Assembly (NCBI GenBank): GCA_964016885.1
Contig: CAXHJY010001514.1
Location: 1-64,000, forward strand
Source of the DNA: Eledone cirrhosa
Lineage: Eukaryota
Length of the DNA: 64,000 bases
Reading direction: 5' to 3'
Shown piece after piece: positions 57,103 through 64,000 of the stretch. A program made the position numbers and the translations under genes. How positions within the stretch are numbered: the stretch's first letter is position 1; every line of letters begins with the position of its first letter. The notes under the pieces were generated by a model that worked only from the letters and a program-made list of their open reading frames with translations, was not told the origin of the DNA and did no database searches.

Positions 57103-57906
57103 AGGTACCATGTAGGTGTCCAGGTTCGAGGTACCATGTAGGTGTCCAGGTTCGAGGTACCATGTAAGTGTCCAGGTTTGAGGTACCATGTAGGTGTCCA
57201 GGTTCGAGGTACCATGTAGGTGTCCAGGTTCGAGGTACCATGTAGGTGTCCAGGTTCGAGGTACCATGTAGGTGTCCAGGTTCGAGGTACCATGTAGGTG
57301 TCCAGGTTCGAGGTACCATGTAAGTGTCCAGGTTCGAGGTACCATGTAAGTGTCCAGGTTCGAGGTACCATGTAGGTGTCCAGGTTCGAGGTACCATGTA
57401 GGTGTCCAGGTTCGAGGTACCATGTAGGTGTCCAGGTTCGAGGTACCATGTAGGTGTCCAGGTTCGAGGTACCATGTAGGTGTCCAGGTTCGAGGTACCA
57501 TGTAAGTGTCCAGGTTCGAGGTACCATGTAGGTGTCCAGGTTCGAGGTACCATGTAGGTGTCCAGGTTCGAGGTACCATGTAAGTGTCCAGGTTCGAGGT
57601 ACCATGTAGGTGTCCAGGTTCGAGGTACCATGTAGGTGTCCAGGTTCGAGGTACCATGTAGGTGTCCAGGTTCGAGGTACCATGTAGGTGTCCAGGTTCG
57701 AGGTACCATGTAAGTGTCCAGGTTCGAGGTACCATGTAAGTGTCCAGGTTCGAGGTACCATTAGGTGTCCAGGTTCGAGGTACCATGTAGGTGTCCAGGT
57801 TCGAGGTACCATGTAGGTGTCCAGGTTCGAGGTACCATGTAAGTGTCCAGGTTCGAGGTACCATGTAGGTGTCCAGGTTCGAGGTACCATGTAGGTGTCC
57901 AGGTTT
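57103..57906. repeat. 26-bp minisatellite, about 31 copies
   Basis: aggtaccatgtaggtgtccaggttcg; period 26. Confidence 0.97.
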
Positions 57907-58689
57907 GAAATATATATTAGCTTGCATTGAAAGTTCTGTTCAATTTTATATATCTGAAAATAAGTGGGAGGGTGGGGCATTATTGAAAACCCAAGGGTTG
58001 GTGGTGGCTTTCACCATCTTTGTGATGTTTGGAATGACATCCAAACAACCCTGCAGTTAGACATTTTCATTTACCAGGCTAGCCTTTAATAATCTCTCTA
58101 TGTAGACTTATCCTACAGCTCACGTTCATCCATTAACACAACAAAGACATCTTTACTCAAGGTTTTTCCAAGATGTCTGGTGGTATTGCTCACAGAATTT
58201 CCTCTTACTTCAGTAATCCGGTATTTTCTCAGTCTTGTTCCACAGCAGTTCGGTTTCACTGTTTCTTCAAACTCCTCATAAGTTTCCTGCCAATTACCCC
58301 AAAATATTCTTCATTTCTGTTCATCAAGTTTTGTACATTGTACTTTACTCAAGGACACAATTCATCACCCAGTCCAAGAATCGAACTAACAACCTCACGA
58401 TTACAAGCCCAATGCTCTAAATACTAACATGATAAAACATACTGCCAGTATTATCCAGTCCAGTTATTTTATAAGGGTTTAGTCAGAGAAGGAAGGAACA
58501 CTGTAAAATACTGACTTCGAATACTCTGGTGATGTTTAAATTTGTAGATATATTCTACAGTCTAAAATCATGAAAAAAGCTGGGTTTTTTTAACCCTTTT
58601 ATAATTATATTTGTATGGAAATAACTGATTACGATTTTCAGTTAAATTTTTAAAAAGTGTAAAAAACATTGATGCAATTCAGCTTTCCC

Positions 58690-59165
58690 AACATGAAGTT
58701 AAGCCAAACTTGCTATCCTCTATTCTGTATTTGTGCCAGGCCTTGCCTATGGTCATGGTAATGATTGAAAGAATACGATCAGAAATACAAGCAGTTGAAA
58801 TAGGGTTCCTCCGAAGGGTCTTTGGAGTAACATTACTCGATAGAGTGTGTAGCTAAAGATCAGAGAGTTATTTCAAGTAGAGCCGCTACTTTTCTGAATT
58901 AAGAGATCACAGCTTCAATATTATGGACATGTGGTTAGAATGTCTCAGGAAAGAATTGCTGGACAGATTTTATGGACAAAACAAAATAGCAGGAGACGCA
59001 GGGGTAGACCCCGAGTAAAATAGTTGGATATCATCCATGAGCTTGGCTGGTCAGGCTTGGGGATCCAGCTGGATCAGTTGGTGATGGTTGTTTCTAACAG
59101 GTACTGCTGGAAGGAGTGTTTCAGGACTCTGCCCCCATGACCCTCAAATATGTGGGCGAAGACGA
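58690..59165 (+). pseudogene. RTE-like LINE C-terminal remnant (family D)
   Basis: RIRSEIQAVEIGFLRRVFGVTLLDRV; QLQYYGHVVRMSQERI; RRRRGRPR; stop codons. Confidence 0.75.
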
Positions 59166-60018
59166 AGTTGGTATTTGGAGCAAAACTTAAGAAAAAGTTC
59201 TTATATAGACTAAGGTTAAACTTAAATATAAAGAATTTAAAACAAACAGTTCTTGTATGATAGAATGAGGAGTGGTTGTAGGTCTGTTGGTGTCAACAGT
59301 GTTAATAGTTTAATCAGAGGTGGGAGAGGAAAAATGATAACCCCTTTTTTAGAGTCTTCATGACTGATGGAAGGATAGGAAGAAGTTATTAACTTCAGAC
59401 CAGAGACATGGCCTGAATTATTGTAACAGAGTGGACTCTTGCTTAAGACACACAAGGATCAGGTGAGAGTGTTAAACTGGAAGATGGATTAAGTCTAACA
59501 CCCAGTTTAGATTTTGATTATGAGGATGATGATAATTGCTTAAAATAACTATCACCTTCAACCATTTGAACTGTTATAAGCTAATTCTTATGTTTAAAAA
59601 TAATTTATTTTCTATTGGGTATTGATGATCTCTTTTACATTATATTGCCTGCTCTTCTACATTAGCAAAAGAAAACAATTGTAAATCATCCAAAGAAAGT
59701 AAAATAATGTTTAAACCAAACTGCTGAAAGAATAACTGTACTTGAGGGGGAGCGGGGAGATTATAATGCTACAGTCATAAGGATTAGAACTACCTTTTCT
59801 TAATCTCTGAATTAGATCCTGTGGGGGACATTACCACAACTCTGGGATAATCCTTAGTTCAAACTCTTGACATATTAACATGATTAATGGCTTCTTCCAT
59901 GATGTAGACTAACTCCGTGATTTAAAGGGTGGGACAGGGGAAACATATAAGAAGGAATATAACATGGTTTAAGAATGACACAAGGGAAAAACATACACAA
60001 AAGAAAAAATAACATGGT

Positions 60019-60246
60019 TTAACCCTTTAGTTATCAAAACCAGCTCTGGTTCTATGAAATAAAACCACCCATTTTAAAGGTTTCCAATTTAAATTAAAAT
60101 CTTCCAACATAATTTTATATAAGAACCTTTCATTAAGTTACTATCTTAGTAATGAAATAATTAATAATTTTAGTAAATCCCTCAAAATTCTTCATTAATT
60201 AATTAAAATAGTGTATTTCATTAGAAATGAGGTCACGAAAGGTTAA
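60019..60246 (+). mobile_element. TTAA-flanked piggyBac-like MITE, unamplified copy
   Basis: TTAA-cccttt...gaaagg-TTAA; same body as the 12300 and 27847 copies. Confidence 0.75.
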
Positions 60247-60517
60247 GAGATGTTCCCCTAAAATGTTATGATCCTTTCAGATGACCTGGAAATGATAATT
60301 AGTGATAATAATCTTAACTCACACATTGTGTTTGGAAGGTTTCTAATGCCAGAAAGAGGATTTGCTTCAAAATCACCAGACGTATCTGAGGAACTTGCGA
60401 ATCCAGAGTCAGGTTCGATCCACAAACAGATCCCACCTCAAGCTCTTCACCAGAGAAACAATTTTAATACGTAATAAATTGTGTTCCGATGCACCACTGA
60501 TTCTTCGTTTTCCATAC

Positions 60518-60557
<40 letters not shown>

Positions 60558-60558
<1 letters not shown>

Positions 60559-60858
60559 AATAGATTGACATATATATATATAAAATAAACATATGAAACA
60601 ATCACAGGGAATAATTTGTAAAGAATGTAAGCACACATAGCTAGGTAGGTAACTAATTAAAGTTTAACTAGAACTTCAAATATAGATACCTTTTAAAATG
60701 ATTAATCTGATTAATCATTTTAAAAGGTATCTATATTTGAAGTTCTAGTTAAACTTTAATTAGTTACCTACCTAGCTATGTGTGCTTACATTCTTTACAA
60801 ATTATTCCCTGTGATTGTTTCATATGTTTATTTTATATATATATATGTCAATCTATTT
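60558..60858. repeat. Apparently perfect 301-bp palindrome plus ~100-bp unique tail
   Basis: Centre gattaatc-t-gattaatc at 60708; arms mirror out to aaatagattgac/gtcaatctattt. Confidence 0.95.
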
Positions 60859-61035
60859 CTAGTTGATATGAAATGCTCGGATCTAATCTTTGAGCTTATT
60901 CTACGGTGGATATGGTACATGTCTCTCAGACATGACAACCCTTAATTTTAATTTTGGATATATATATATATATATAGGAACGAGTAGGACCCCGACGGCT
61001 GAGCTCTCTCTACATCTTCCCCCCTCACGATGACA

Positions 61036-61088
61036 ACCTCCATGATGAGTGCCAGAGAATCCTCGTGAACGGAAACTGCAGTAGAGGT
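61036..61088 (+). ncRNA. Degenerate type I hammerhead motif
   Basis: acctc-C(a)TGATGA-[weak stem II]-GAAA-ctgcag-TA-gaggt. Confidence 0.55.
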
Positions 61089-61319
61089 AGAGCAACAAAG
61101 ACCTGGACAGAGGTGGAGAGAACTGACCTCAAATAGCTGAGACTCACAGGAGAAAAGGAAGAAATGAAAGGAGTGGAAAGATGCTGTGCTGAGAAGGACC
61201 ATCCAACCTAGGCAAGCATGGAAAAATGGCCATTAAAACAATGATGATGTAGCAGAGGCAGTTACTGATATCAAAATGGTTTTAAATTAAAACAAAAAAA
61301 ATATCACACTTCACACACA

Positions 61320-61580
61320 GTCGTCCTTTTGTAGAGAGGCAGAAACCTTTTGTTGTCAACAGGGAGAGTAGTTCTCTAAGCTTTTTCCCATCCTATCCTT
61401 ATCCTAGCTATTATGCTCCTTAAGTAGCCTCCTCCACTGCTGATTGATTAAGTCACCTAGATAGCAGAAGCTACCGACCACTTCTATGGACCCTTCCTTT
61501 GACTTGAAAATTCATTTCAATGGAGTTTCTGTGGGCGATTGGTTTCACAAGTGGTGCCCAGCCGCAAATATATCCACTTT
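61320..61580 (-). mobile_element. Highly degenerate RTE ORF remnant
   Basis: cacctagatagcagaagctaccgaccacttctat translates on minus as IEVVGSFCYLG, like 813-845. Confidence 0.55.
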
Positions 61581-61852
61581 AGGATAATGTAATTCAAACA
61601 TTGCATCAGTTATAGCGCCGAGCTCTCACTGTCACACCCAACCCAATTTGGTGGAGCCAGTTCCACGACACATGGGAGGGAGTTTGGCCAGCAGAGGTTA
61701 TTTGAGCTATTTTGTTGGCCAGCAGGAGCTCACCCCCACTGCTCAGCTCAGACATACCAACCCTTGGCCCCAAAGGATTACCATTTTTATTATTTTTATT
61801 TATCTTATTCAAAGGAAAAATATTTAAAAAATAATCTTGTATTATTATAGGC

Positions 61853-62078
61853 AAGGGCCGTGGATTTGCAGTAATCGGTAGAGTATCAGACAATACGCTT
61901 TGTGACATATAGTTACATCTTTTTACATTCCGAATTCAAATCCCACTGAGGTTAGGTTTGCCTTTCATCCTTACGGGGGGTTGATAAAATAAAGTACCAG
62001 TAATACACTGGGGTTGATTTAATCAACTATCCCCTCCCCCAAGATTGCTAGCCTTGTGCCAAAAGTAGAAACCATTAT
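61853..62078 (+). mobile_element. tRNA-derived SINE with Nin-like core
   Basis: gtggatttgcagtaatcggtagag, ttcaaatccc, gcctttcatccttacggg..gataaaataaagtacc, gccttgtgccaaaagtagaaac. Confidence 0.8.
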
Positions 62079-62762
62079 CACAGGCTAGACAAGAAATAAA
62101 AGCTAGTTTTTCACTGTTTTGGTCAACCAATCAAGAAAATCTAGATATAGAGATTATTTTTCCCAATTCCTTCCAACTTTGAAAACCATTATTAGCAGAC
62201 TTTTACATACTCTATTTCACAATATCTTACAGCAAATCACATTTTCATATCTATTTTGTACAGAGAATTAGGGATCCCTGTTGTTTTATCTTTCCTTATT
62301 AACCCCTAATCAGGGCAGTTCAATGCTCTCATTCACCAAGATTGGAATCTGGAATATTTACCAAAATATTTTCTATTATCGATATGAACACACCATCAAT
62401 GAAATGATATAGAAACATTCTCTATGACTTTATTACAAGTTATTTTGTCTTTTACCATTCCATACTAGCAACAAACAATTTTGGCATAAAATGCATTTTA
62501 AGAAAAATCTCTTTCATTTATCTAGTCAAGCATGAAATTGTTATTGAAAATAGTCAGGTGACCAGAGAATATTTATTTCCATAATGTCATAAAAAGTAAA
62601 AGAATTCCTTCCTTAGCATATCATAAAGAATTCTTCAACTTTTCTCATATATAAAGAATGGTTAGCAGAGAAAGCAATCATTCAGCTCCTTTATATTGTT
62701 TCTCAACAGGAATAAAAGAATAACATCGTAAAGTACAATAAATGGTGAGAGGTTCTATCATT

Positions 62763-63390
62763 TGATGGTGGTGGTGGTGGTGGTGGTGGTGGTATGGTGG
62801 TGGTGATGGTTGTGATGATGGTGGTGATGGTCGTTGGGATGGTGATGGTGGTGGTGGTAATGGTTGTGATGGTTTTGATGGTGATGGTTGTGATGGTGAT
62901 GGTGGTGGTGTTGATGGTGGTGATGGTGATGTGGTGGTGGTGGTGATGGTGGTTGGTGGTGATGGTGATGATGGTGGTGGTGATGGTGATGATGGTGATG
63001 GTGGTGATGGTGGTGGTGGTGGTGGTGATGGTGATGGTGATGATGGTGATGGGGTGGTGGTGGTGATGGTGGTGATGGTTGTGGTGGTGATGGTGGTGAT
63101 GGTGATGGTTGTGGTGGTGATGGTGATGATGATGGTGATGGTGGTGATGGTGGTGATGGTGGTGGTGATGGTGATGATGGTGATGGTGATGGTGGTGATG
63201 GTTGTGGTGGTGATGGTGGTGATGGTGGTGATGGTGATGGTGATGGTGGTGATGGTGGTGATGGTGATGGTGATGGTTGTGCTGATGGTTGTGGTGGTGA
63301 TGGTGGTGATGGTGGTGATGGTGATGGTGGTGATGGTGGTGATGGTGATGGTTGTGGTGGTGATGGTGGTGATGGTGATGACAATGATGA
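62763..63390. repeat. (GGT/GAT)n trinucleotide tract
   Basis: Seen directly. Confidence 0.95.
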
Positions 63391-63551
63391 CAAGCAATAA
63401 ACTACCAATCAGAGGAGTGTAATGTCTCGTGTCAATTTGAAATGAGTTCTATTTGTTGGTTTCTTCACTAAACTCAGACTATAGTTTCCATCTAGAGTAT
63501 TATTGTTGTCAATAATATAACAGTAATTATTATTACTATTGTTATTATTAT

Positions 63552-63742
63552 TGGTGGATTGGCAGTATCGGTAGAGGGTCGAACGCCATGCTTTGATGCA
63601 TAGAGTTACAGCCCTTGCCATTCTGAGTTCAAATCCAGCCAAGGTTAACTTTGCCTTTCATCCTTACGAGGTCGATAAAATAAAGTACCAGTAATGTACT
63701 GGGTAATTGCTGGCCTTGTGCCTAAAGTAGAAACAGTTATTA
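63552..63742 (+). mobile_element. tRNA-derived SINE with Nin-like core
   Basis: Close match to 48655-48847. Confidence 0.85.
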
Positions 63743-64000
63743 TCTCATTATCTAGAAACTAGCTGACCTTGTGCCATCACAAATGGCGGCTAATTGTAAT
63801 ATTTTAGGTATAAAAAGGGACAAGTTTTTAGTTTAATAATTCTTTTATTACAAAATGTTTTATGGATTAACTATCTGCAACTAACATAGATAATATCTTA
63901 GTGTGTATATATATATATTTATATGTATGAGTATATAAATATATACACACATACACTCACACAAGTATAAATATATTCACACACACAATAATAGCCACCA

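Noticed and set aside
60380-60500. Possible hammerhead (ctgagga ... gaaacaattt/aaattgtg)
   Set aside because: Cleavage position would be G, there is no stem I pairing, and stem II is unconvincing
61606-61908. 100-aa ORF in a GC-richer unique stretch
   Set aside because: Starts inside a SINE; no recognisable domain or convincing splice signals

Overview
AT-rich, repeat-dominated animal genomic DNA. The SINE and RTE repertoire resembles cephalopod or other mollusc genomes (inference). No complete host gene is visible; there are a few candidate micro-exons. Content: very long (TA)n tracts, many minisatellites, one apparently intact RTE-clade LINE (APE, RT and an inserted PHD-type finger; 43154-46165), several truncated or degenerate RTE and CR1 LINEs, two tRNA-derived SINE families, and TTAA- and TA-flanked MITEs. 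The most striking signal is a set of short islands, mostly embedded in or next to TA microsatellites, that carry type I hammerhead ribozyme (HHR) motifs. About nine sequence-distinct variants were found by eye, most with a minimal palindromic stem III, and several islands are fold-back palindromes. The clearest case is a near-identical 558-bp HHR-bearing unit, tandemly repeated and then inverted at a 5-bp microhomology (3285-6622). This matches a non-autonomous Penelope-like or retrozyme-type, possibly circular-RNA, retroelement system that inserts in (TA)n. Most long ORFs in the track are translations of simple repeats.
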